A stretch of DNA of 63,118 nucleotides, from the IMG/VR virus record IMGVR_UViG_3300010042_000001, positions 1 through 63,118 of that record; one strand, given 5' to 3'. Both the position numbers and the translations under genes were made by a program. Below, one piece after another: positions 54,057 through 62,980 of this stretch. Source of the stretch: a virus (lineage: Duplodnaviria; Caudoviricetes). Position 1 is the first letter of the stretch. Each line of letters opens with the position of its first letter. The notes under the pieces are model-generated. The model saw nothing but the letters and a program-made list of their open reading frames with translations. It did no database searches and was not told the DNA's origin.

Positions 54057-54090
54057 CGGGCTGCGGGCAAGCCCCGCCACCTAGCGACCC

Positions 54091-54846
54091 TTAGACGACG
54101 GGATCTTGCATCACGACGATAAACGGAGCGTTCTTGCCGACAGGCGTTTTGAGCTTGCCGGTCATGGACACGTTGTTGAAGTCGTCGGCCAGAAAGTCGA
54201 ACGCGGAGTCAGCGGCCACGACAGCCTCCCACACCGTGACCGTGACCTGTTGACCGTCAGCCAGGTTGATGCCGTCGAAAATTATTTCGGCGCGAACGTC
54301 AACCTTGGTGGCGCCGGAAATGACCACGCCCGTGGCGGCCTTGTACGCACCGGAGACGTTCAAGCTGGCCGCGTCAGCGATGGCGCTGGCCTCCAGAACC
54401 ATGAGCAGGCCCAGTGGTTTGTTCAGCTTGTAGTCCGTGCCTTCGACATAGGTCGTGCTGCCGGCAGTGTTTTCCACGACGATAACGCCGTCCAGGTTCT
54501 TTTTGCCGATATCGACCCACGAGCCTTTTTTGATGGTTACCGGTGCGTCAACCAGCGTGCCAGAAACCTGGTTCAACGCTTCGGAGGTGCCCAGGAGCGC
54601 CATCAGCAGCACGTCGCCCACGATTTCCTTGAGGTCCATCGTGAAGTCGGCAGGCTGGTTCAGTTGCACGGTTTCGAGCACCTGGCCGTAGTCTTCGCGG
54701 CCCTTGCTGGTCGATTCCTTGGTCTCGACGTTGGGCTTGATCTCGAATTTGTCGGCCTTGTACGGGCCCTTGAGACCCTGCTTGACACCGGCCACGGTGC
54801 GGTTGATGAAAATATCGCCAGCGCCCAAAAAGCTACGTGCTGCCAT
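54091..54846 (-). CDS. Major tail tube protein
   Basis: GGAG RBS; ARSFLGAGDIF...; upstream of tape measure. Confidence 0.8.
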   Translation of the reverse strand: MAARSFLGAGDIFINRTVAGVKQGLKGPYKADKFEIKPNVETKESTSKGREDYGQVLETVQLNQPADFTMDLKEIVGDVLLMALLGTSEALNQVSGTLVDAPVTIKKGSWVDIGKKNLDGVIVVENTAGSTTYVEGTDYKLNKPLGLLMVLEASAIADAASLNVSGAYKAATGVVISGATKVDVRAEIIFDGINLADGQQVTVTVWEAVVAADSAFDFLADDFNNVSMTGKLKTPVGKNAPFIVVMQDPVV

Positions 54847-54899
54847 TTCGATTCTCCAAAGGTTGGCCGCCATAGGGGCAGCGAGATAAAACAGTCGCG

Positions 54900-54943
54900 A
54901 GTATAGGTGGGATGCTTTCCCGATTGCCGACCGGACAATTTCG
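54900..54943 (-). promoter_or_regulatory. Putative activator-dependent late promoter
   Basis: CGAAATTGTCCGGTCGG-N21-TATACT; same motif and spacing at 59223-59266. Confidence 0.75.
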
Positions 54944-54945
54944 TA

Positions 54946-55404
54946 TTATTGACCTCCTGGTAGTGTTTCCGCGATATCAACGGTGAAGTGCAAAACGGCC
55001 ATCACGAACGGCTGACCATCGGAACGCGCACCAATGTCGCGGCCACGGTAGTCCAGGGCGCCCACCCGGAAACCCAAACGGGTCTTCTCGAAAATGACTT
55101 TTTTCAAATCGCGCAGCGCCTGGTGGGCCGCTGTATTGGGTCGATCTGGGTCACACCGGAGGTACGCCACCAGGGCGTAATCCACACCGGTTTTTATCTC
55201 GGTGCGGTTGCGTGTATCACCGGGGTGGTCTAAGCCTTCGATAATCGAAATACACGGTATCTCGTCGTCGTCCACGGCCCGTTTCCCTTGAAACACCCGC
55301 AGGCCGATATCGGTTTCAAAACCATCGGCGATTTTGATCGTGCTGACCAGGGACTCGATATGCAGCGATACCGCCTCGGTCGTCTTGAGAATAATGTCAG
55401 CCAT
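54946..55404 (-). CDS. Tail terminator-like protein
   Basis: I..ADGF.TD.G..VF.G motif; position. Confidence 0.65.
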   Translation of the reverse strand: MADIILKTTEAVSLHIESLVSTIKIADGFETDIGLRVFQGKRAVDDDEIPCISIIEGLDHPGDTRNRTEIKTGVDYALVAYLRCDPDRPNTAAHQALRDLKKVIFEKTRLGFRVGALDYRGRDIGARSDGQPFVMAVLHFTVDIAETLPGGQ

Positions 55405-56083
55405 TCAGGACTTTCTGGAGTTCGATTTGTGCATTGTCGATCAGCTCGCGCTCCAGGTCCGCTGCCACCTCGTCCTCAATCAGCGGGATCTGATAGCGGA
55501 ACAGTTGGTACACGCTGGGCCCGAGCAGGCTGTTCACCTTGCCGTTGGCATCCCGCCGAAAAACGAGGTAGTTGCCTTCCGTATCTTTGCGGCCGGGGAG
55601 CGCGAACGCAGATCGCAATGACTTGCGCGAGCCCTTGTTGACTTCGGCGCCACGGCCGGCGGCCTTCTCATTGGGCTGGATGCCGAGTGTGGGGCGGCCA
55701 ATGCGCTCCGTCCACCCTGGCCACCGGCCGAATTTCTTGCCCATGCCGAGGATCAGCGCGTTGTTCCACGTTACCGGCTTGACCTCCTGCGTGGCGTCGT
55801 AGTGCGAGAGCTGGGTCTGGAACCCCTTACCGCCGGGGGACGTGATCGATGCCTCGGGCTTGCTGTTGGTGGCCCGCTCGACCGTCATCCGCCGGCGCAG
55901 GTAGTCGTCTGTGATGTTGATCCCGGCGCTGATGCGACGACGGGAGAGATCGTAGGTGCGCTCCACAACCGCATTCAACGCAGTCACCACCACGCGGCCT
56001 GTGACAGCCTCTGGGATCTGCCCGATGGTGGCGGCCAGGCGCTCCACCTGGCGTGTGTCTGCGGTGAAAATGAACGAGGTCAT
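55397..56083 (-). CDS. Tail completion/neck protein (lambda gpZ-like)
   Basis: Basic; ALN..., L.GPSVYQLF. Confidence 0.65.
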   Translation of the reverse strand: MTSFIFTADTRQVERLAATIGQIPEAVTGRVVVTALNAVVERTYDLSRRRISAGINITDDYLRRRMTVERATNSKPEASITSPGGKGFQTQLSHYDATQEVKPVTWNNALILGMGKKFGRWPGWTERIGRPTLGIQPNEKAAGRGAEVNKGSRKSLRSAFALPGRKDTEGNYLVFRRDANGKVNSLLGPSVYQLFRYQIPLIEDEVAADLERELIDNAQIELQKVLNG

Positions 56084-56406
56084 GGCAGTGCGATCACGAT
56101 AAATCGGGGGTTCATGCCCGAGTCCTCGATCCGCTTTTCCAAGCGGTACACGGGCCCTGTCGGCAGGCCCGCCGCGTCCACGAATTGGAACGTCTCTTTG
56201 CCCTTGGGTGCCAGCTCAAACGGCACCGTGGCCACGTCCCTGCGGACGGTTGCATAGCCCCGGTTTCCTGCGCCTTCTCCGTCCACGCCGTCGAATTCAA
56301 CGTCTTTTTCAAGGTTGATTTTTACGACAGCACCACGGAAAAGAGCCCCCTCGCCCAGGAGGGAAAGGAGGCTCTGGGCTGCGCGCTGAAACAGCGCCAG
56401 GGTCAT
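56080..56406 (-). CDS. Head-tail joining protein
   Basis: Directly downstream of the capsid gene; 108 aa. Confidence 0.65.
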   Translation of the reverse strand: MTLALFQRAAQSLLSLLGEGALFRGAVVKINLEKDVEFDGVDGEGAGNRGYATVRRDVATVPFELAPKGKETFQFVDAAGLPTGPVYRLEKRIEDSGMNPRFIVIALP

Positions 56407-57416
56407 GGTGCCGAGCTGTCCAGCTCGATCACTGCCTCGGGCAGCGTGTTCAGGTACAGCGGGCAGGAGACGGCCAGGCCGTCAATCGCCGAACCCCAGT
56501 CGTTCTGCTTCTGCTTGGCGTAGTAGGGCAGACCCATGGAACCCACCGTTTCGATGAACGGCGCAGGCGCAAACAGCGTCTGGAACATGTTCGGCACACC
56601 GGTGGGGAAGGCATAGCCCTTACCAGCCGGGATGAAGTCGCCCGCATCGGTGCCGCCTTCGTACACGGTGTACCGCACGCCAGCGAACTCGAAGTCGTCT
56701 TCGTTCTGTTGCTGGCGCAGGTAGGCGCCGTTGTTCCACAGCTCCCAAGCCTTTTTCATCTTGTCGTGGCCCACCAGCTTGTCGAAGTAGTCGGCCGCCA
56801 CGTAGGCTTTCACGCCCGTGAACGAACGACCGCCCAGCTTCGCCTTGATCATGCGCTTGATCGTCAGGCTGGTGGCCTTCGGATCGGTCGTGCTCGCTGG
56901 GTTGTCGATGTTGGTCTTGAGCGTCTGCTTGGTCATGCCGAACAGGTCGTACATGTCGTACAGCACAGAGGTGCCATCCGCGTCCAGCACCTGGCCCTTG
57001 ATACCGCCCACGCGGTGGTACTCGTGGGTCAGGTCCATCTGGTTTTTGGCCAGTGCCATGCGCTCGCGCACCAGTTGCAGGATCGGCACCGTTTCGTCTT
57101 CCGAGCCGAAGGCACGAACGCCCAGAATCTCGTCCGCTTGGACGTTCCAGGATTCGGCCATGTGCACGGCGGCTACAGGGATCAGCTTGCGGCCCTTCGT
57201 GTGCACCGGCTCAGGCACGCCACCGCGAGGCGACGTAGGCACCAGCTTCAGCTCGGAGCCCTTGCGTTCGATCATCATCACGACGCCGGTCATACCGGCG
57301 GACGAGTACAGGCCGCTGTCGCCGATCTGGGTCGGGACGCGCGGAATGTCGATGATGGTCTGCGTGAGTGCCGACAGGCGGAACGCATCGTTGTTGAAAA
57401 TGTCAAGAGTTGCCAT
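56403..57416 (-). CDS. Major capsid protein (lambda gpE-like)
   Basis: MATLDIFNNDAF...LT..I, D.T.EY.R.G..KG..LDADG. Confidence 0.92.
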   Translation of the reverse strand: MATLDIFNNDAFRLSALTQTIIDIPRVPTQIGDSGLYSSAGMTGVVMMIERKGSELKLVPTSPRGGVPEPVHTKGRKLIPVAAVHMAESWNVQADEILGVRAFGSEDETVPILQLVRERMALAKNQMDLTHEYHRVGGIKGQVLDADGTSVLYDMYDLFGMTKQTLKTNIDNPASTTDPKATSLTIKRMIKAKLGGRSFTGVKAYVAADYFDKLVGHDKMKKAWELWNNGAYLRQQQNEDDFEFAGVRYTVYEGGTDAGDFIPAGKGYAFPTGVPNMFQTLFAPAPFIETVGSMGLPYYAKQKQNDWGSAIDGLAVSCPLYLNTLPEAVIELDSSAP

Positions 57417-57460
57417 TTTGTTTTCTCTCCAGGTGAGTCAAGCTCGTTGTGGTACTTGGC

Positions 57461-58120
57461 TCACAGAGCCGGGGTGGCGACCTTGGGCAGGCCGGCCGTG
57501 CCACGGACCTTGATACCCTTGGTCAGCAACTGCGCTTCCGCCGTTGCGTCGAGGCCCGTCAGTTGCACGCGCGAGACTTCCGCGTCGCCCGTGATACCAA
57601 CCGCTTTCGCGTCGCCGGTGATCGCCGGCAGGCCGTTGTACAGGATCGCATCGGCCGAGCCGGCAGCGCCAGCAGCGGTGTACGGGATGTACTTGCCCGA
57701 GCCAGCGGCCACGGTGATGATCCACTCGTCGCCAGCCGCAGCGGGGGTGCCGCCAGCCGTCAACGTGAAACCAATGCCCGCCTTGCTGAATGCGACGCCG
57801 GTGGTTCCGGTGCCGATCTTCACGCCGTTGGGATCTTCCACGTCGAACTTGGTCGGCGCGGTGAAGGTCAGTTTATAGGCGCCAGGGATGCCAGCCGCAC
57901 CGACCGTGATCGTGCCGAACGTCGGGTTACCCACGTTGCCGGCAGTAGCCGCAGCGGAGCCCGTGGTCGCGGTATCGACCTTGGTCAGAATGGTGCCCGA
58001 CTTCACCGCCGTGCCCGTCTGGGTCACGATGATGTTGTCACGGCTGCGGTGGTTATTGGCTTCGCTAACGAGGAAGTCAATGACCGGCAGCAGGCCAGGG
58101 TAGAGGTGAACGGTTGCCAT
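57461..58120 (-). CDS. Head decoration protein with a Gly/Thr-rich insertion
   Basis: FLVSEAN..RSRD...GT.L, A.AIL, DAEV....L motifs; position before capsid. Confidence 0.8.
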   Translation of the reverse strand: MATVHLYPGLLPVIDFLVSEANNHRSRDNIIVTQTGTAVKSGTILTKVDTATTGSAAATAGNVGNPTFGTITVGAAGIPGAYKLTFTAPTKFDVEDPNGVKIGTGTTGVAFSKAGIGFTLTAGGTPAAAGDEWIITVAAGSGKYIPYTAAGAAGSADAILYNGLPAITGDAKAVGITGDAEVSRVQLTGLDATAEAQLLTKGIKVRGTAGLPKVATPAL

Positions 58121-58143
58121 GTTGAAAGTCCTTTCGTACTTGC

Positions 58144-59196
58144 TTACTTGCTTGCTGCGGCCGACTTCTCGGCTTTGCTCTTTTCAGCAGCCCAATAGCC
58201 GGTGGCGGAAAAATCGCCTGCCTTGCTCTTGTTCTGCGGAGGCACGTTGTTCACGTGCTCGTCCTTGTCAGCCATCTTGTCCAGGAGCTGCGCGCGCAGC
58301 GTGGCGAGGGACATGCCAGCTTTGATCGCCTTGCCGGCCATGTCGGGCTGGTCGGCCAGCTTGCACAGCGTCACGGCCTCCTTGGCGTGGGCCAGGGCGG
58401 CGGTCAGGTCGCCTTGTGTGGCGCAACGCACCGAGAGCACCTTGGCATGTGCATCCAGGCCGGCGGTCTTGGCTTGCGCAGTCACCTGCTCAGCCGTCAC
58501 AGGCGCCTTGGCGGCCTCGTCCTCTTCAACGACTGGCGGGACCACGGGCGGCTCGACGGGTGGTGTGTTCTCGGCCTTCGGAGCGGGCTTGGCCTTGGCG
58601 TAAACCTTGGCCACGTTCGCGGGCAGATCGGCACGGGCCAGATCGAAAGACGCCTGCGCCTCGATAGCGTCGGAAACGTCGGTGGCCAGGCCGTTGGTCT
58701 TGGCTTCGGAGGCCGTAAACCAGGTGTCCTTTTTCATGAGCGGCGTGAGGTCTTCCGATTTCATGCCGCTGCGCGAGGTGTACGTGGCCAGGAGCGACGT
58801 ACCGATCTTGTCCAGGGTGTCCGCTGTGTCCCGCAGTTCGTCGGCATTGCCGGCGACGATGGTCCAGGGGTTGTGGAGCATCAGAAACGAGTTCGCAGGC
58901 ATCGAACGCTTCGAGCCCGCCATGAAAACCACGCTGGCGGCCGAGGCGGCAACGCCCATGGCGACCGTTTCGATTTTCTTGCCGGAGGCCACCAGGATGT
59001 TGTACATCGCGATACCGGCCATCACGTCGCCGCCGGGGGAATTGATTTCCACCCGCACGTCGTCGCCTTCGATGGCTTTGATTTGGTCGGCGAAGTCCTT
59101 GGCCTGCACGCCCCAGAATCCGATCTCTTCGTAGAGTTCGATTACTGCGGGCTTGTTGGCACCGACACTAGCTTTGATTTTGAAGCAGGGGCGCAT
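58144..59196 (-). CDS. ClpP-like head maturation protease/scaffold
   Basis: INSPGGDV, GVAASAAS, LMLHNPW, DTWFTA.EA. Confidence 0.92.
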   Translation of the reverse strand: MRPCFKIKASVGANKPAVIELYEEIGFWGVQAKDFADQIKAIEGDDVRVEINSPGGDVMAGIAMYNILVASGKKIETVAMGVAASAASVVFMAGSKRSMPANSFLMLHNPWTIVAGNADELRDTADTLDKIGTSLLATYTSRSGMKSEDLTPLMKKDTWFTASEAKTNGLATDVSDAIEAQASFDLARADLPANVAKVYAKAKPAPKAENTPPVEPPVVPPVVEEDEAAKAPVTAEQVTAQAKTAGLDAHAKVLSVRCATQGDLTAALAHAKEAVTLCKLADQPDMAGKAIKAGMSLATLRAQLLDKMADKDEHVNNVPPQNKSKAGDFSATGYWAAEKSKAEKSAAASK

Positions 59197-59222
59197 GGGT
59201 TGGTCCTTTTCAGAATGGCCGG

Positions 59223-59266
59223 AGTCTAAGCCATATCCTGAAAAGGGAACCGACCGGACAATTTCG
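59223..59266 (-). promoter_or_regulatory. Putative activator-dependent late promoter
   Basis: CGAAATTGTCCGGTCGG-N21-TAGACT. Confidence 0.75.
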
Positions 59267-59268
59267 CG

Positions 59269-59589
59269 TTATTTCGGTGGGTATTGCCAAATAACCGGGC
59301 CGGCTCCAAAAAGCCAACCGAACTCCGCGACCTTCTCACCATCGGCACGGATCTGGATCTCCAGAGTGGCCATATCTGCAAGGGAAAGCTCCCCGCGCAA
59401 GAGCTGGACGGGCTCACCTGGGAACGTCTGGCACTGGCTGAAGCACAGGTATTCCGGCACCCAGCCATCAAAACGACGATAACCGAGGACGGTATTACCG
59501 GAGATAGCCGTGTACTTTACCGGAGCTGCCGAGGCAGGTGCGGTAATAAAAACGGCGGCCGAAACCAGCTCAATAAGCAGCGATGACAT
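59269..59589 (-). CDS. Hypothetical protein, possibly secreted
   Basis: Overlaps the endolysin 3' end; hydrophobic N-terminus with an ASA site. Confidence 0.5.
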   Translation of the reverse strand: MSSLLIELVSAAVFITAPASAAPVKYTAISGNTVLGYRRFDGWVPEYLCFSQCQTFPGEPVQLLRGELSLADMATLEIQIRADGEKVAEFGWLFGAGPVIWQYPPK

Positions 59590-60193
59590 AGCTTTGCACC
59601 AGGTTTACCTGCTTGTAGGCCAGGCAGTTTTTCGTTTCCGCATCCCGGCGATTGGCCAGGCCCTGCACGAATTTATATTCCGGTTTTCCGTCCGGCAGCT
59701 TGCGGCCCGTTTTGACATAGGACCAGACGTATTTTCCCGCGTCCGAGCGGCTGATGCGGCGGCAACCGAGATCCCATTGGCCGTTGTTCCAGGCCGCCAT
59801 GGCGAGGCTGGTGCACGTGTTGGCAACCCCGTTGTTCCAGGCGTGGCTGGTGGCCATGTCGAAGACCTCTTGCGGAGGCAGTTTGGTGAAGCACTGCACC
59901 AGGCGCTCCTGCAGTCGCACAATGGCCGCTGCCTCTTCCCGCGCGCACTTCTCAGGTGCCCAGCGCTCCCCTACCACCACGGGCAAAACGGTCACGTGCT
60001 TGGTGATGCCGTTGCATACGGTCGGTAGGTCGCCGGCCAGCTTGTCCGCATAGACCAGGCCGGGGTCTTTCTTGTCCGGTTCCCAGACGTTCAGGAACGC
60101 AAAAACGGCCCCACTGGCAAGGACCAGGGAGCCGCCGAGGCGAGGGATGTAGCGCACTACATTGCGCAGGTTCTGCTGGGTGGTCGGGTTCAT
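59570..60193 (-). CDS. GH24 lysozyme, probable SAR endolysin
   Basis: Gly/Ala-rich N-terminal hydrophobic segment, E..Y.D....PTVC.G.T, WN.G, GLANRR..E...C. Confidence 0.88.
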   Translation of the reverse strand: MNPTTQQNLRNVVRYIPRLGGSLVLASGAVFAFLNVWEPDKKDPGLVYADKLAGDLPTVCNGITKHVTVLPVVVGERWAPEKCAREEAAAIVRLQERLVQCFTKLPPQEVFDMATSHAWNNGVANTCTSLAMAAWNNGQWDLGCRRISRSDAGKYVWSYVKTGRKLPDGKPEYKFVQGLANRRDAETKNCLAYKQVNLVQSYVIAAY

Positions 60194-60567
60194 AGCGGCG
60201 CCCTGTCCGTGTCATCGATCCGGTCCCCGCGACTGCGCACAAAAGCCTCGTACTCCTGAACCGTCATGATCCGAGGTTGTTTCGGCTTGAGCCAGCCTTG
60301 TCGCTCGGCCAGGGGGCGCCACAACTTTTTCCAGAACCACTCGGTGATCAGCAAGGTGGTGTAGACCGCAGCCACAATGGATGCGATGGTTCCCCATGGA
60401 ATCGCGTTGATCGCGGCCCAGGTGGTGTACCTCGTGCCGGCCGTGGCGGCTTGCACCACCTGGTCGGCTACGTCAGCCTTGGCGGCTGCAGCGACAGTTA
60501 TGGCGCTGGATGCCTTGGCAAAAGGCATGCTAATTTCAGAGGCGGTAGAAGCGGCACGATCCATCAC
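60190..60567 (-). CDS. Putative holin/antiholin
   Basis: TM IPWGTIASIVAAVYTTLLI.EW.WKK; ATGA-coupled to endolysin. Confidence 0.65.
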   Translation of the reverse strand: MMDRAASTASEISMPFAKASSAITVAAAAKADVADQVVQAATAGTRYTTWAAINAIPWGTIASIVAAVYTTLLITEWFWKKLWRPLAERQGWLKPKQPRIMTVQEYEAFVRSRGDRIDDTDRAPL

Positions 60568-60642
60568 AGGTGTCTCCGTTGGCAGTGAGGTTGGGGGAAA
60601 GTAATCGCGGGCCCCAGGTCTTGCGGGCTCCGCGATTATCGT

Positions 60643-62259
60643 TCACTGTCCCTCGGGACCAGGCGGTGGTTCTGCCGGATCTGCACCGCCCGATTGCGCC
60701 GGAGCCTGACCAGTGGCTCCCGGTGGGGGCAGAATCCCCAGCTTTTTCTCCCGCTTCTGCTCTGCTGCTCGCTCGTCGTCCACCTGGTCGGGGTCGTCGC
60801 CGCGCTCGGAAATGACACTGGAGCGGCTGCGGAAACCTGCCTCGACTTCGATCTTTTTGCCTTCTGGATCTTGCGTCGGGTGGATGTGGGCCCATCCATG
60901 CGGGAAGTGGCCAGCGAGCTTGATCAGCTCGGCCTCTTCCAATGTTGCATCGTTTTGCAACACCAGCGTGTCAGCGAACCACTCGATTACACGTTGGCAG
61001 TACATCGGGATGACCATCTGCCACTGGCGGCGCTCGGCCAGACGGCGGAACTCGTTCATGACCACGCGCAGGGTGCGGTCGCTGATATCCTTGATATCGC
61101 CGCTCATGAGTTCGTAGGGCATGCCGGCGCCGGCCGCCGTGCCGAGCTGTTCCGTGCGGATGTAATCGCTGTACGTGGTGCCCGCCTCGGGCGGGTTGGC
61201 AAAGGTCACATCCTGGCCGTCCTCCAGCTCCTGGATCAGACCCGGCGCCAGCGGCACAAGCGGCTGGCCAGTGGCTTCGTCGATCTCGTCGGCCAGGCCC
61301 GTCATCTGGTTGAATGGGTTGGCCGGGTCCAGCAAAGGCAGTTTCTTTGTGACAAACATCACAAACAGGTTCGCAATTTGCTGGCGCAGCAGCACCGCAT
61401 CCTGGTAGTCACCGATGCCGCGAAGGCGCGTGAGCACCGGCGCCAGCAGCGAGACACCACGGAGCTGGCCAGGGCGCGTCGGCTCATACATGTGCGAGAC
61501 CTGGCTGGCCGCCACGCGCACGAGCGACTTACTGGTGTAGTTCACGTTGGCCTCGTCGCCGGGGTGGTCCTTGTAGAACCAATACGCCACGCGCTTACCG
61601 CGATAGTTCAACTCGATACCGTTTTGGATGCGGTTACCGACAGGCAGACCCTCGTAGGTGTCCGTGGTCAGATCCATCGGGCACATTTCCGATTCCAGGA
61701 GCTGTACCTGGAGCGAGACCCGCAGGCCGTCCTCGTCGGGCTTGCGCGGGCGGCGGCGGACGAACACCTCTCCACCGTCTGCCCACGACAGCACCGCCAG
61801 GGTCTGCTGGCCGAAGTAGTCGAGCACCCCGTCCGCGTCGATGGTCTTGAAAAAGGCAATGGCCAGGTCGTTGATCTCCTGGCGACGGGTCTTGTTCGCG
61901 ATCCGCAGAAAGCGTGGCGTGATACCGATGCCGATCAGCGTGGTGGCCCACTTCTGGGATACCGATTCGCCCGACCAGTCGTTGCGGCGCACGTCCCGCG
62001 CACGGCTGCGCAGCTTGGGCACCGTGTCGAGCACGCGGTTCGGGCCCGCTGCTGGCGGTTGCCAACCAGACATACGCTTGCCGCTGCCGCCGCCGTCGTA
62101 CTTGTTGCTGAATTTGCGGATGGCCTTGCGGATCTCCGCGTCCTTGGTGAGCTGCACAGGTGGGCGCGCCACTGGCACAACCGCAGTGCTAGGTGCAACT
62201 GCTTTCGGAGGACGGCCGAGGCGCTTACCGGCGGGCGAGAGGCGAGGTGGGTTGGCCAT
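60643..62259 (-). CDS. Portal protein (lambda family)
   Basis: LRSRARD..RND, GEVF, LQ.QLLE.E, RPGQ.RGVS.LAP. Confidence 0.95.
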   Translation of the reverse strand: MANPPRLSPAGKRLGRPPKAVAPSTAVVPVARPPVQLTKDAEIRKAIRKFSNKYDGGGSGKRMSGWQPPAAGPNRVLDTVPKLRSRARDVRRNDWSGESVSQKWATTLIGIGITPRFLRIANKTRRQEINDLAIAFFKTIDADGVLDYFGQQTLAVLSWADGGEVFVRRRPRKPDEDGLRVSLQVQLLESEMCPMDLTTDTYEGLPVGNRIQNGIELNYRGKRVAYWFYKDHPGDEANVNYTSKSLVRVAASQVSHMYEPTRPGQLRGVSLLAPVLTRLRGIGDYQDAVLLRQQIANLFVMFVTKKLPLLDPANPFNQMTGLADEIDEATGQPLVPLAPGLIQELEDGQDVTFANPPEAGTTYSDYIRTEQLGTAAGAGMPYELMSGDIKDISDRTLRVVMNEFRRLAERRQWQMVIPMYCQRVIEWFADTLVLQNDATLEEAELIKLAGHFPHGWAHIHPTQDPEGKKIEVEAGFRSRSSVISERGDDPDQVDDERAAEQKREKKLGILPPPGATGQAPAQSGGADPAEPPPGPEGQ

Positions 62260-62261
62260 GC

Positions 62262-62492
62262 TCAGTACCCCCGGCCAGCGTAGACGGCTTGGTGCTGCCG
62301 TGCCCGAGGCCCGATAACCGCCTCGTTCAACTGACCCTGCAAGTCGTTGCGCGCGGCAATCAACGAGTCGGTCGTGTTGTAGGTCACCGTCTGGCCGCCC
62401 AGTGTGACCGAGCGCACGCCGGCCGCAATCGCGTCGTTCAGTGCCTGGATCTGGGTCTGCAGTTTCGCAATCGCTTCGGGGGTCAATGCCAT
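62262..62492 (-). CDS. gpW-like head-tail adaptor
   Basis: L..AIA.G.RSV...G.TVTY.....L..AR; directly before portal. Confidence 0.85.
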   Translation of the reverse strand: MALTPEAIAKLQTQIQALNDAIAAGVRSVTLGGQTVTYNTTDSLIAARNDLQGQLNEAVIGPRARQHQAVYAGRGY

Positions 62493-62557
62493 GGTCGCCT
62501 CGCTTTCAGTTGCCGCATTATCATTTATTTTTAAAAAGTAAAAGAAAATGAATTCGG

Positions 62558-62586
62558 AAAAAGAAAAACCCAGCCGAAGCTGGGTT
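62558..62586 (-). terminator. Terminator closing the ncRNA operon
   Basis: AACCCAGC-TTCG-GCTGGGTT followed by TTTCTTTTT. Confidence 0.85.
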
Positions 62587-62621
62587 GTAAAGGGCTGCGA
62601 TCAGCCGAGAGGGAGACAATT

Positions 62622-62713
62622 TTGAGCCCGCGTTGTGGAATCGAACCACCGACCTCCGTCTATGCAACGGTGCTCTACCTCGGACTGGCCAGGTCCACTG
62701 AGCTACCGCAGGC
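62622..62713 (-). ncRNA. Remodelled tRNA-like RNA
   Basis: Acceptor GCCTGCG/CGCGGGC, TAGCTCAG..GGTAGAGC D-arm with a 16-nt insert, GGTTCGATTCC T-loop, shortened anticodon arm, ends CAA. Confidence 0.7.
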
Positions 62714-62719
62714 GTAAAA

Positions 62720-62803
62720 CAAGGCTAGGACAACGGTATCGGCTCAGGTGATGCATCATTCCCTTCCGGGAGTGTCAAGCGCCGAATCCCGTCGTCTTCG
62801 CAC
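62720..62803 (-). ncRNA. ~83-nt hairpin RNA, unit A
   Basis: GTGCGAA-GACGACGG...CCGTTGTC-CTAGCCTTG; internal TCCC-GGAA-GGGA. Confidence 0.55.
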
Positions 62804-62808
62804 AAAAA

Positions 62809-62895
62809 TGCAGACTGGGGATACCCCTAGTCCGTCGTCGCGCTTACCGGCAGATCCGGTAACTATCAAGCTGCAGCAGGGCGACGACTTTGCAA
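62809..62895 (-). ncRNA. Multi-stem RNA, unit B
   Basis: GTCGTCGC/GCGACGAC, TTACCGG/CCGGTAA and GACTAGGGG/CCCCAGTC stems closed by TGCA/TGCA. Confidence 0.55.
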
Positions 62896-62897
62896 AC

Positions 62898-62980
62898 CAA
62901 GGCTCGGGTGGACCGCCGTATCTCCGTTGTGTGACTACACACGAGCCCCACGCTGGTCCTCTAACGGTCCACCTTCGCAC
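62898..62980 (-). ncRNA. ~82-nt hairpin RNA, unit C
   Basis: GTGCGAA-GGTGGACCG...CGGTCCACC-CGAGCCTTG; internal GTGTG/CACAC. Confidence 0.55.
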
